From NCBI GenBank assembly GCA_048128005.1, contig JBEUKZ010000022.1, positions 186,001 to 250,000 on the forward strand: a DNA stretch of 64,000 bases, given 5' to 3'. Under the pieces are notes generated by a model that was not told the origin of the DNA, did no database searches, and saw only the letters and a program-made list of their open reading frames with translations. The position numbers and the translations under genes were made by a program. Shown piece by piece: positions 37,716-49,973 of this stretch (its first letter is position 1; the number at the start of each line of letters is the position of its first letter). The stretch is from Veleropilina oligotropha. Its lineage: Eukaryota.

Positions 37716-39771
37716 GGTCCTTCATGTCCGCCGCTCTCTTGTCAACAAACTCCGAAAAGTTGTCACCAAAGAGAGTGGTGGCCGAGCAAGGTACGCATCG
37801 CAACGAGCGCCGGGTGGGCTCGTCCAGCGGGGTACCTTCCAGGCAAGCATCCCTACGAAGTAGGAGGGCATTGCCCAGGACACGTCCCGTCTCCAACGCG
37901 CTGGTCTCCTGCGCGGCAGCAACCTCCTGGAGGAAGGACAGGGCAGCCTCGGTGGCGCCGGGTCCATTCTCCTGTAGTACGGCTATCGCGCCGTCCAAGA
38001 AAAAGTCCTGAACAGACGATAGCCGTAGAGCCCGTCGGGCGGCGCTCTCGAAAGCTTCCAAGGCGGACCAAGGAACTTTCGCTACGGAGGGAGTGTGACT
38101 GGCGGTCAGTCGACGCAACGAAGCGTCAACACGAGCTGGCTCAGTCGCCAGGCACGGACCAGTGCATTCGAACGGGATCGCTCGAGTACTGGCCCGGAGG
38201 TACCTCCCACTACGGAACCCCGAAGGGAACTCGTTCAGCGGGGAGGACTCCACCGGATTGCGCCCCTGAACGAGCTTGGTGATCGAGTCTACAACCAGAT
38301 CTACCAGCCCGGACTGAGGTAAGGAGGGGAGCTCGGGGGCTTCCCTACTGACAAACCGATGTGCTGCCGTCCTATGCTTGGCTACGTCTACAGCCGACCG
38401 AGTCGGTTCCGACAAGCCAAGCACCCCGCGAAGTGACGCAACGGCGTCGAGCCTTCGGCGGGTGGAGGAGGTCGGCTCCTGCGTGCCTGTAAGACTAATG
38501 TCTTCGGGCCCGACCGATTCAGGGAGGTCGGTGTGATTGGAACCGAGGTCCTCGTCGGAACGAGGGTCGATGTCCATCACTGAGGCAGGAGCCGTGCTCT
38601 GCGCCATGGGCAGATGTGTAGGTACCAGGCGCGGCTGGGGAGCCGTCGGCCAGGCCTTACACCGTTCCTCGATCCCCGCCGCGATCCATGCCTGGACGTT
38701 CTCAAAAGAGAAACCCGAAGGCAGGACGGGCGACGAACTAACAGCCGGTAGTTCTGTCGAGGTAACCGTGGCGCTAGGTAGACGGGCTGCATTGACAGGT
38801 CGAACCGAGGACCAGGGTCCACAGGCACTTGTCGAGGGGTCGAACCCGAAGGACTGGCCCGAAGGCACAGTCAGTGGGCCGGACGACCGATAGGACTGCG
38901 GCAACAGTTCTGATCGGTCTACCACTCTGCTCGAGCGAGGCACGGACGGAAAACCGCCGTAGAACCCCGTCCCGAACGCAGCCGGTCTGTCCACGTTCTC
39001 TAGCGTGACCACGGTGGGTGCACGGGAGAGACCGGGCCCTCTGAATGTCTCGTGAGCTTCGAGGTTGAGCGGAAAACCCCTAGGGGAAGTCGCATCGTTC
39101 TCGACCGAGGATTCAGGTTTCGCCGATTGTCCGAGTCTTAGACCTACAAGTAGGTGCCCGGCCTCTTTAAAGGCTTTCTCTGCATTGGGTCTGTCACCGT
39201 AGGAAGACGGTGAGTTTCCCGCAGAAGGACTAACTGTCCCCTTATTCTTCGAGGCCGAAGAAAAGGATGGGGATAGTCTGCCCTGTTCAGCTGTTCGCTG
39301 CGCTGTCATGTATACCTTGCTAGCCGGCAAGGTATGGCTGACTGCAGTTACTAGGCCCAGTTGTGGAGGAACGGTCGACACTCGGGTCTTTACCTGAATC
39401 TGGGGTACCGGCAAGGTTTCGGTGACTCCCCGAAGAGTCGCGGAGGTTTCGCCGGTGGATCCGGCGACAGACGTCCCCTTGTGTCGGCTGTCATCCAGCG
39501 TCCCTGAAGCAGACAATGAAGAAACATTATGTTGTAACTTACCGGTCTCTTCATGACCCTTCTCCGGGGGAGGACCCACCGTGGCAGCCGCCCTGGTCGA
39601 CTTACCCTGGTGAGACAGGACTGCCCACTGCTTATCTGATAGAAGAAAGCACAGATCACATTGATGTTGTATATTACAGCTACGGTGAATACGACATTCC
39701 TTGTGCCTATCAAATCCGTGAATTTTCTGGTTACACCCGGAGCTACTGCACCGGACCATAGCTAAATACAC
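37507..39771 (-). CDS. DIRS ORF1, gag-like, with N-terminal Cys/His zinc finger
   Basis: 754 aa; C-x4-C...H-x2-C-x2-H-x2-C...C-x2-C; LLLRRD and TLFG motifs; basic C-terminal tail. Confidence 0.88.
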   Translation of the reverse strand: MYLAMVRCSSSGCNQKIHGFDRHKECRIHRSCNIQHQCDLCFLLSDKQWAVLSHQGKSTRAAATVGPPPEKGHEETGKLQHNVSSLSASGTLDDSRHKGTSVAGSTGETSATLRGVTETLPVPQIQVKTRVSTVPPQLGLVTAVSHTLPASKVYMTAQRTAEQGRLSPSFSSASKNKGTVSPSAGNSPSSYGDRPNAEKAFKEAGHLLVGLRLGQSAKPESSVENDATSPRGFPLNLEAHETFRGPGLSRAPTVVTLENVDRPAAFGTGFYGGFPSVPRSSRVVDRSELLPQSYRSSGPLTVPSGQSFGFDPSTSACGPWSSVRPVNAARLPSATVTSTELPAVSSSPVLPSGFSFENVQAWIAAGIEERCKAWPTAPQPRLVPTHLPMAQSTAPASVMDIDPRSDEDLGSNHTDLPESVGPEDISLTGTQEPTSSTRRRLDAVASLRGVLGLSEPTRSAVDVAKHRTAAHRFVSREAPELPSLPQSGLVDLVVDSITKLVQGRNPVESSPLNEFPSGFRSGRYLRASTRAIPFECTGPCLATEPARVDASLRRLTASHTPSVAKVPWSALEAFESAARRALRLSSVQDFFLDGAIAVLQENGPGATEAALSFLQEVAAAQETSALETGRVLGNALLLRRDACLEGTPLDEPTRRSLRCVPCSATTLFGDNFSEFVDKRAADMKDRAIEKAVLLPTRGPPANSKKRSGPTPAPKPSKRAKPSSGGRPPANKPTPKRQAPPTKSRKQSGRGKPRP

Positions 39772-40536
39772 GGGCGGGTGGACATGGGTAGACGGGTAGG
39801 TAAATAGGTATATATATGGTAGTTGTGACTTCTTTCTTTGGATGGAGTACTACGACAACTCACAGAATTGTCCTGATCTGAAGATCAAAGATCAAGCGAT
39901 ATACCGTTAATAAGAACCCGAACTGGGGACACCGAGGTCGGGTATTTTACCCGACCGACCCGGTAACCCGGCAAATTGACTAAAACAATCGGTGGTTCTT
40001 TCCTCGAAAAAACCGCCCAGAAAACACCTGTAAACCTCGTGGATGTTTTTATGTTAGTACAATGGCGTATTATCCCAGCAACGGCAGGATATCAGAAAAA
40101 ACGCAAGCGTGATATCAAAAGATCCTGCCTTTTAACAACGCTAGAAATTTTGTATATAATAATAAATAACCAGCAAATAGCGTTGTTAAGGAATTATCCA
40201 ATATAATGAGTTACCTGTTTGCAGTCTCAAACAATATCAGATAAATATACCGACCAGAAATTTCAGCTAAACTCGAAACTTTCCCTCTAGGCGGCCATTT
40301 TTAACAGCCACGGCGTCCTTGACGACGATGTCGGTTTCTTTGATGTCCAGAACTTCCTCGAAGTTTTGCGAATCACTCTTCTTATATTCACTTGTGTTTT
40401 ATATCCACAACACAGGGTTATATTCCACTACTTATAATCGATATAAGTACAATACTGCGCCCAGATTTAACATGAAATCGGGCGCCTATTTCGAAATATT
40501 TGCGGAGCAAAACAACGTCTTTCCGCGGCAGCGGAA

Positions 40537-40753
40537 AACTTTGAATTGATGTCATGTGACTTCTATGGTTCAGAAGTCTCGCGAGACTTGGCGAGGTCTC
40601 GCGGGGGAACGTGGCTGAGGAGGAGCAGGGGAGGTAACCGTGGTACGTTTTTGCGTCTTTGACTTATTAATAGTGCATAACGTGACTTATTCACTGTTTC
40701 CGGTTTGGCAATAATATTACTATTATGGCAAGAGTAAGGACGTAAGTATGTTT
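40537..40753. repeat. DIRS 5' (left) ITR
   Basis: Reverse complement of 33320-33536; no mismatch seen by eye. Confidence 0.95.
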
Positions 40754-40892
40754 GTAACTATATACTGGTACATAACATATATATCACAAGACATATTCCG
40801 AACACGGCGTTACTTGTTACTACGTAAAGTATAGTGAATATGGGCTGTCCATTCAGTCACTATTAGGTTTATTAAATATGGAGATCTGGACG

Positions 40893-42121
40893 TATTATTA
40901 TTATTATTATTATTTAATACATTTATAATGCGCCTATTCTAGTGTAGCGCTAAGCGCAGTACAAACTATAACTAATATTACAGTACAATGTGCACAAGAA
41001 TATACAGGAGAGACATCAATGATACATACTATGAATGCAATAAGCAATAATAATAATAAACAGAATATTTTTTTGTTGAGTTTTTTCAATTTTATTAATT
41101 TTTTTTACAAGCGCAATCAGACAAAGAGGTGAAGCAGCCCCTGCGTGAACTTCAACCAACTTTGAATGATACATATGATGAATGCTATAAGCAATAACAA
41201 TGAACAGATGTGAAGCAGTCATTACTGTCCTCCACTACTACGATGTCAGCTGAATTGTTAGTGAGATTTGATCAGGTTGGCATATACATCAGCAAATAGG
41301 TGTGTTTTCAACGTCTTCCGAAAACTTGTCTGAGATGTGCTTTCCTTTACTTTAGATGGGAGTTTGTTCCAGAGTTTTGGGGCATTGTTGATAAATGCTC
41401 TATCGCCATATTTATTCATTGTTCTATTCTCTGTCAACTGTTGTAATTGCTGCGACCTAAGTGCTCTAATAGGTCGATATTGAGCCAGAAGTTCAATAAT
41501 ATATCCAGGCGCTTTTCCTTGAAGAGAATTGTAAACGAATGTAAGAATTTTGAAGATAATCCGTTTCTCAACAGGGAGCCATTGTAGGCTATATAGCAGC
41601 GGGGTTGCATGGTCCCTTGGCTGGGCGAGTAAAATCAGCCTGGCTGCGGCATTCTGAACTTGCTGCAATCTGTTAATGAGGCTTGCGTTTATTCCGAAAA
41701 GTAAACTGTTGGAATAATCAAGGCGAGATATGACATATGCATGCACAAGAAGCTTCGTTGCATCTGGTGTTAAAAAACGACGGATGCGTCTGATGTTTCT
41801 TAGAAAGAATAATGAGCATTTAACTTTATCAGAGACGAATTTTTCCATCGACATAGTGTTGTCGAAGTAAGCACCCAAATTTCTTACAAATTCGCTGGAG
41901 TTTATTTCAGTTTCACCAACTTGTAGGTTTACATCTCGGACCTTTCTGATGTTACTTCTTGAGCCAAATATAATAAACTCAGTTTTATCATCATTGAGTT
42001 TCAGCATGTTTGTGCACATCCAGTGTTTGATCTCTGAAACACAGCTCTCCAATATGTCTAGGCTTGCCTTGAAGGAGCTTTTGGGATCAAATGCAATATA
42101 TATTTGACTGTCATCTGCATT
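40893..42121 (-). mobile_element. 5'-truncated L2-clade LINE (RT C-terminus, 3' UTR, (AAT)n tail)
   Basis: ADDSQIY, LKLNDDKTE, RNLGAYFD, SRLDYSNSLL, LQWLPV, FRKTLKTHLF (coding part 41258-42121). The 3' end is GGCGCATTATAAAT followed by (AAT)n. Confidence 0.9.
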
Positions 42122-42304
42122 CGGAATCATCCTTTTCTTTCCTCGCAATATTAAGCATGGAACATATGAGCCCTTGTTCACCCTTTGCATTTAGTCTTGC
42201 CGCTTTCCGTTATACAAGCGGCGGAGATCAAAGGGATACGCTCGATTGCCTGACAGATAACGACGTAAACAGTATATAGGTCTAGTATATAGTAATATCA
42301 ACTC

Positions 42305-42455
42305 GTGACAGTGTCACACTTGTGTGAGATGTATTTCTTGCATAACACTGTTACTATGCATATCTATTTTTGTCACTGGTGGTTCCTGTAGGAACTGGCC
42401 TGCTAAAACGCCGTTGAGGTGGACGCGGGCCTACAACTGCATCACACCCCCACCA
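42305..42455 (+). repeat. Dispersed repeat of about 150 bp (copy 2)
   Basis: Similar to 30697-30848. Confidence 0.85.
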
Positions 42456-42779
42456 TAGGTCTAGTATTCGTTTAGGGTTTAGTAGCATGGAGTCGACAAA
42501 TGAAATTTTTGGGATATAAATCAGTAAACAGTTTGTCGACTCCATGCTACTTCAGCTCGAAAATGTAATCTTATTATAGCAAATTAATCGTAGATTACAG
42601 AGGCTTATCTTGACTCGGCATTACCTATAGTTGTTAATTCAAGTCTACAAATGTAAGGTAAAATATAAATTTATTTACATGTATAGCGAAGTACTAATAC
42701 AGTAACAGAATAATTTAATCTAAGGCAACCGTGTAGCACACAGTCCTGGTGAACTGTATATTAAAGTCACCTGAAATGA

Positions 42780-43190
42780 TGATCTCTATTTCTTCTAGAC
42801 TTAGCACATTTATTATCTCCAAGATGTTGTATCCAATCACATGTTCAGTTTGGTGGTCTATATATGGAACATATTAAAAGGGGTTTAGTACTTGGTAGGT
42901 TTACTTGAACCCACACACTTTCAATATCACCTATCTCAAGATCAGTCCTCCTATTAAATATAATATTGTTTGAAATATACATTATTATACCTCCACCAGA
43001 ACCATTTGTTCTATCACGCTTTTCAAATGTAAAATTATCGATATTAAGACTATTATTGGCAGTTGTATGAGACAGAAACGTTTCACAGATACCCAGGATA
43101 TCAACAGACCGGTTATTAGCCATAGTAAGTTTAAATCGTCTAGCTTTGGAAGAATATGTCTGACATTTTGTGGGAATTAGTGGAGCATTG
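42780..43190 (-). pseudogene. LINE (CR1/L2) AP-endonuclease fragment
   Basis: DILGICETFL, RDR..GSGGGIIMYI, IESVWVQV, SIYRPP. Confidence 0.85.
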
Positions 43191-43497
43191 TGGTGATCTC
43201 GAAGAGAGTTGCTTTAAACCACACTCTTAGATTGTCAGCCGTTGCAATCGGGTCAAAATCTTTAACATCCAGCGTTTGAGGTAGGACAAATCATATCTTA
43301 TAATTTAGATGATTAATCAAGAACTTTAAGCATTATTACACATAATATCACTGCTACAGTTGCTCTTTTTGCGTATGATTTGAATTAATATTATTTTCTG
43401 TTTTAATGATGTATTGTGAGCTGCCTGATCGGGAACACGTATATGCGGTAATACGTTGACAATAATTATTGTTACTATGATTGCTAATGTATTTTGG

Positions 43498-44250
43498 TTT
43501 TATGTGATCAGTTATGAAATATTCGAATATTATGATAATTTGAGTATTACGATTTCATAGTATGAAATAGTATAATTATACTGGTGGTAACGGCTTGCTT
43601 TACTTCCAGCTGGAACTGTTTATGTAACTCCGTGAGGGAATTAAGGTCAGCTGTGTCCGACATCGCGACCACGTACGAGCCTCTCAGATTATGCGTTTCT
43701 GAGTGAGGTGACCACGTGTCCGGAGTCCTTTTCGTTACGGACTTCTGTAACGGCGACAACTACGTTCGTCAATAGCGGACTTGGTGACGACCTCGTCTAG
43801 ATTTGCAGGCAAGAGGGAACGAAACTATGCCTGTGGCGATGCTGTGTGCACTGGGGACTGGACTGCGCCAACGTATACGTGTAGCGGGCTAAGGCGATCC
43901 AACGTTGGTGTTCCTAGATAGCGCTACGAACACTACCCCAGATCAACAGGAAGTGTTAACATGTAACTGCTGTGTTACAACCGTATTACCGGAACTATTC
44001 GAGTAGTAGCACTCATTTCAGTAATCCTACTAGCAGTAGTGTTGGTATCGTATTCACGATCTGGATTCTGAACTCTTATTGCATAATTAGTATTATAATT
44101 TGTAAAATTTAATAGTAATACACGTGAACATAATTGTAGTGTATTGTTAGGTATAGATATTCGCGGGTTGGGTTGTTGCATTTGTAAATAAATAATTTGT
44201 TGTTATTTTGAAATCGTGTTGTGCTTTCTTTGTTACTGTGGTATGTGACA
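43498..44250 (+). repeat. Gypsy 5' LTR (5' part missing or unmatched)
   Basis: Ends in TGTGACA and is followed by the PBS; matches the 3' LTR from TTTTATGTGATCAG onward. Confidence 0.85.
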
Positions 44251-44254
44251 TTTA

Positions 44255-44271
44255 TGTTGGAGAATCCGGGT
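44255..44271 (+). promoter_or_regulatory. Primer-binding site, probably tRNA-Ala
   Basis: TGTTGGAGAATCCGGG directly after the LTR end resembles TGGTGGAG.ATGC.GGG, the complement of a tRNA-Ala 3' end. Confidence 0.6.
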
Positions 44272-44305
44272 ATTTAAAGGTTATATACGGTGGTAATTGA
44301 GAAAG

Positions 44306-45437
44306 CAGGCCACGTTAATTGAAAAATCTACGTAACCCAAAATTGGGTTACGTCAATTTTACTGGCGTAACCCAATTGGTTACGCAAATTATTTGTCATG
44401 TATTTCACTTCATATGGGTGACGTGAAAGAAGTAATGCTTAATAGCCTTATAATTAACAGATTAGATGCAAGCCTAGGCTAATCAACCTTTAAAAATTGA
44501 TTAATTGGTGAAATATTTTACGACCGCTTTTAGCAATATTTCAGCCTAGACTCCAGATTTAATGTTTCCTTCTGATCAGATGGCTTTTGTTTAAAATATC
44601 CAGCCAGTATTCATAACATGGTCATACTCTTATACATGCTCTGACTAACTACAAGGGAAATATTTTAATACTACTATTAATTTCATGATCATCCTAGATG
44701 CCAACTATAGACTATATACCCTGAAATATCCATTGTCCTTCTCAAAAGGTGTTATATGAAATATTGCCACCTGCATCAATTTTAGGTAGTCATTCAATAT
44801 TTAGAATGGTAAAATTAACATTTTAAAAGTTTTTTTCAATCACTTAATTCATAACTATCAGGTTATGTTAACTATGTTTTATTATTAATAGCTTTGCTGT
44901 CATATAAAAGCAAGCAAAAGTAAAACTTTATTAATAATTAATAGATACTTTCCTTAAAATTACTTTAATTTCTGAACAGCAATTTTAGAACAAATCCATT
45001 TTAATAGCCATTCCCCTAGAGTCAAATTTAAGTTTTCAGAAAACCTCCTACTTGAACACAGTTTTTCAGTTTAGCGTTTTTATAGTCAATATACCAAATA
45101 GTATTTACAGAAACTCAGTTTCGAACTCAGTTATTTAAACGAATGCGTCCGTTAGTAAACAACAATGGCGGCACACGTGGAACAAAAGCGACTTGGGAGA
45201 CATTATGATAAAGTTAAGTGAATAAAAAGTCAATTTAATAGTTCTTTGGATACATGGATAACTTTTTAAAGAAGTAATAGATAATCTGGCGAATTTGCAT
45301 GTTGTTTTGCAGACGGATACTACTATTTGAAAAAACGAAGTTTTATTTTGCGCGAACGAATTTTCGTTCGCGTCATTTTGGATTTGCGTAACCGACACGC
45401 GAACGAAACGATAGTTCGCGTGAAAAATCGCGGCTTG
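44306..45437. mobile_element. Non-autonomous DNA-transposon-like insertion in the Gypsy leader
   Basis: Direct repeat TTGAGAAAGCA at 44297-44307 and 45435-45445; imperfect TIR CAGGCCACGTT / ATCGCGGCTTG; AT-rich non-coding interior. Confidence 0.6.
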
Positions 45438-45566
45438 AGAAAGCATGTAATATGTGCAGTATCGTTTTATAAACTTAGTTCAGTGTGTAGGTATGGTCTG
45501 ACTCTAAAGGTGCCGGTGTATCATTAGCAACCATTGCATAGTCGATAATATATACTGGATCCAATC

Positions 45567-46630
45567 ATGGACACATCCAGTCTTATTGCAGAAGCAAAGG
45601 AGCTGGGCTTCATCGGATCAGACGTAGGGAAGTATGTGACAGAACATCAAGCTGCGTACCGTGAAGAACTATCTCAACAGAGGGAACAGTAGAAAGAGAG
45701 GAAGGCGAAGGAACGAGAGTACGAGGCGAAGGAACGAGAGTACGAGGCGAAGGAACGAGAGTATGAGGCGAAGGAAGCAAGTGAGGTAATGGGACTTGAA
45801 AAAGCCAAAATTGATGTAGAAAAATCTCGACTAATGCTGGAAAGTGATAGATTGAAGATGGACAGATAAATGAATAGGACTGAGGAAGTGAATAGATCGG
45901 TTGACCTAGATAATGGACTTTAACCTAGGTCAAATAAACCAAAGATTAAGATGCCATTATTTGATGAACGTGAAGATATGGATGCATACTTACGTAGGTT
46001 TGAACGAGTTATGGAAGCGCAGAATGTGAGGTTAGGTGAATGGGCTACACAATTAGCGGTTTTGCTTAAGGGGAAAGCTTTAGAAGCTTATGTAAGGTTG
46101 TCACCCGAACAAGCGATGGACTTCAAACAAGTGAAAGTTGCTTTGTTGAAAAGGTACGAATTGACCGAGGATGGTTTTCGGCGTTACTTTAGAAATGCTA
46201 AAACTGAGCAAGGCGAGACGCATACCCAGTTTATACCAAGACTAGGCAATTATTTGACTAGATGGGTACAGTTGAGTTGTATTTTAGAGACCTTTGTTGC
46301 TTTAGCCGATTTACCCTTGAAGGAACAGTTCATAAACTCAGTGGACTCTGACTTAGCTTTATTCCGAAGAGAACGTGTTCCAAGTACATCCCTAGATATG
46401 GCTTTATTGGCGGAACAATTTAGGGAAGCTCGATGGGAATAAGCGTTTCCATTCCAACTCAGCAGGCAAAAACATTTTTCCTGGGTCGGATAAACCAAAT
46501 AATCAAAAGGATAAGGATGTAAATACAGTTACTAAAGATGATGAGTCTGTAATTAGGAAGACTGGGAAACGGCCGATTGAATGCTATAGTTTTGGAAAGT
46601 TAGGACATATAGCGATAGATTGTCGTGCTC
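45567..46630 (+). pseudogene. Gypsy gag (coiled coil, SCAN-like capsid domain, degenerate zinc knuckle)
   Basis: MPLFDEREDMDAYLRRFER...W...L..LLKGKALEAY, KEQFINS, CY..GKLGHIAIDC; in-frame stops. Confidence 0.85.
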
Positions 46631-46647
46631 GAAAAGAGATTGTTGTT

Positions 46648-46980
46648 GTGGAGTCGAAAAGGGGACCCGTTGACTTTATGCCACGACGGACCGTTGATTA
46701 TGAAGGACGGATTGTAAACATTTTAAGAGACACTGGGAGTACAGTCGCATGTATACGTAGGTCTTTACTTCCGACTCTTACAAAACTAGGACATACGGAA
46801 GCGTATGTAGGCATACCAGATGAAGAAAGTACTGCACCCACAGCTAGGATATATTTGGAGACTCCATTTTTCAAGGGCGAGACCATAGCCTTAGTATTTG
46901 ATAATCCAGTTTATGATATCATAATGGGCAATATACCAGGAGCCACCCCCGTGGAAAACCCAGATTCCACATGGAGATAA
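46648..46980 (+). pseudogene. Gypsy aspartic protease
   Basis: LRDTGST and DIIMGN motifs. Confidence 0.85.
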
Positions 46981-47100
46981 TTAGTGATGCATGAGAATGC
47001 CGTAGTGGAAACCAGGGCTCTGAAGGTTAAGGTTCTTATTTCAATGAAACCTTTGAAAGTTACTAATGAAGTGTTAGATGATGTTGATGCTTAGAGCTTT

Positions 47101-48351
47101 TTGATTAACCAAAAGCAAGACCAAAGTTTAGAAAAACTCTGGAAATTAACACACTCATCTCAGGAAGGCGATAGCGTACAGTTCTTCGAACAAGAGGGCT
47201 TCTTGACAAGAAAGTTTAGTTCACCGTCAGTTGAGCAAGGTAGGATCTTCACTCAGTTAGTGGTTCCCATGATATATCGTGAGAAAGCAATGAAATTAGG
47301 ACATGAAACAATCATGGATGGACATTTGGCAAACAGAAGGACAATAGGCCGTATCCAAAGACAGTTTTACTGGCCTGGGATTCAAGCAGACGTCAAACGC
47401 TTTTGTGCGTCATGTGACATTTGTCAACGGGCGGTTAGTAAAGGCAAGACTCAGAAAGTACCTTTAGGTAATATTCCTTTAATTGCCACTCCATTTGATC
47501 GTGTTGCCTTGACAGAGTTGGCCCATTAGAGCCTACGACTGACCGAAAGAATATATATATTTTGACACTGGTTGACTATGCAACACGTTATCCGGAAGCA
47601 GTACCATTAAAGAATATCGACACAGAGACAGTAGCGGAGGCCCTGGTAAATATGTTCAGTCGAGTAGGCATCCCAAGGGAAATATTGACAGACATGGGCA
47701 CTCAATTCACATCTGAATTAATGAAGGAGGTAGGACGGTTATTATCTCTTAAGCAGTTGACAACGACTCCATATCACTCAATGTGTAATGGGTTAGTTGA
47801 GAGATTCAATGGGACATTGAAAAGTATGCTAAAGAAATTGTGTAATGAGAAACCGAAGAATTGGGATAGATATGTGATGCCATTGTTATTCGCATATCGT
47901 GAAGTTCCGCAGGAAAGTTTGTGATTTTCACCATTCGAGTTATTATATGGACGAACAGTTAGGGGACCTATGACGATACTCCGTGAACTGTGGACAGGAA
48001 ATTCCAGATCCCGATATTAGAACAACGTACCAATACGTGCTTGACCTGAGAAATTTGCGACGTGCAACGCACAGATACAAGAAGTACTATAACGCAAAAG
48101 CAAGGGACAGACTGTTCAAAGTTAATGACAAGGTATTGTTACTCTTACCGACAAGTACAAATAAATTGCTAATGCATTGGAAGGGGCCGTTCACTGTGGT
48201 AGAGACACGAGGCATAGCTGACTACAAGATTGACATGAATGGCAAGCAGAGACTGTTTCACGCAAATCTCTTGAAAAGGTATGTAGACAGGACAGTGACA
48301 CTAGATGCACCAAATGACCACATACATGAGGTTTGTGCATTTATCACATAG
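47101..48351 (+). pseudogene. Gypsy integrase (HHCC, rve core, GPF/SH3-like tail), frameshifted
   Basis: GHET..GHL, FYWPG, CDIC, VDYATRYPEA, TDMGTQF, NGLVERFN, WKGPF. Confidence 0.92.
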
Positions 48352-48381
48352 ACTGCAGCAGATGCTGATATTCTTAATGAA

Positions 48382-49760
48382 ATGACCATTGATCCCCCGC
48401 CTTTAACATCGACAGAGACATGGGAAAATGTAAATGTGTCACCGACAATGAACCCAGCAGAAGTTCAAGAATTGACAAATGTATTGGAAGAATTCAGGAG
48501 TGTTTTGACGGATACACAGGTTGAAGAGATTTCTTTGACACTGACTACCACGGACCCGGTAAGATCAAAGCCATATCCTATACCATATCACATGAGATAA
48601 AGTGTAGATAGGGAAATTAAAAGCATGTTAGATATGGGTGTAATTGAACCATCAAAATCTCAGTAAGCTAGCCCAATAGCATTGGTCCGTAAAACAGATG
48701 ATTCCATTAGATTTTGTGTTGACTATAGGAAGTTGAATAAGGTGACTCTGTTTGACGCGGAACATATTCCTCAAGTCGAACAGCTGTTTATAAGACTGAA
48801 TAAGGCAAAATACTTGACAAAAATGGACTTGACGAAGGGTTATTGGCAGATGCCCGTTGACGAAGAATCGAGACCTATGACGGCATTTGTTACTTCACAT
48901 GTGTTGTTTCAGTGGAAAGTGATGCCCTTTGGTCTAGTAAATGCACCAGCAGTGTTCACCAGGATGATGAGAACACTACTACATGGATTATATGAGGTTG
49001 ACAACTATATTGACGACATTTTGATCGCGTCAGAGACATGGCAGGAACACATCCAGGCGATTAGGAAGGTATTAGAACGGTTAAAAGGTGCAAACTTGAC
49101 CGCACGACCAAGTAAATGTTACTTTTGTTCCGACAAAGTGGAATATTTAGGTCATACAGTGGGTCAAGGACATCTGGCGCCAGCTGAAACGAAGGTAGGA
49201 AAAATCTTAGAAATTTCCAAGCCTCAAAGCAAGAAGGATTTGAGGTCATTTCTGGGAACAATCGAATTTTATAGGAAATTCATCCCCAACTTTTCGGCAA
49301 TTTATGCTGCTCTCACAGATATGACAAGGAAAGGCGCACAAAATCAAATGGAGTGGACGCCTGTGCAGGTAAGAGCTCTAGAAACAATTAAGAAGTTAAT
49401 GGCGACGGCGCCTATACTTCATGGCCCGACATGGAGAGGCCATTTGTAGTTAGGACGGATGCGTCGGACCGAGGACTTGGAGCAGTATTACTCCAGGAAC
49501 ACTATGGAGAACTCTTCCCGGTACTGTACTTGAACAGAAAGTTGAACAATGCCGAGGTAATTTATTCCCCATTGAAAAATAATGTTTAGCCATTGTATGG
49601 TTTATAAATAAATTGCAGATGTATCTGCACGGCAGAGAATTCATAATCGAGACCGATCATCAACCCTTAGTGTGGTTGAATCAAACCAAATTTGGGAACG
49701 ATGGGCATTGATGTTGCAACCACAGGATCATGGGATTGATCAATGCGGGTGCGGATCTGC
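48382..49760 (+). pseudogene. Gypsy RT and RNase H, disrupted
   Basis: RFCVDYRKLN, DLTKGYWQ, MPFGL, YIDD, YLGH; downstream TDAS and ETDHQPL in other frames. Confidence 0.93.
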
Positions 49761-49973
49761 ACAGTACGTGTGGGTGTATCTTGATGGAGGTATAGGCACC
49801 ATGAATTGCACATCTGTGGTTTGATCACATTAATTCATTACGAGATTGAGAGCCATAGATTTATATTGTAATGATTAATGTGAATGGGTTTTTTTAAGCG
49901 AGTTTTCCCGACAAGTGTATGTGTATATGTAGGGTTTATTTTCGGAGTAATAATAAACTTTAGCAGGGGGTAA

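Larger units (their letters stand above)
33285..40763 (-). mobile_element. Complete DIRS1-type tyrosine-recombinase retrotransposon (about 7.5 kb)
   Basis: 217-bp inverted terminal repeats, an internal complementary region, and three overlapping open ORFs (gag-like, RT/RH/MT, YR). Confidence 0.96.

Noticed and set aside
34931..39761. Plus-strand and short alternative-frame ORFs inside DIRS
   Set aside because: Shadow ORFs of GC-rich coding sequence, with no motifs.
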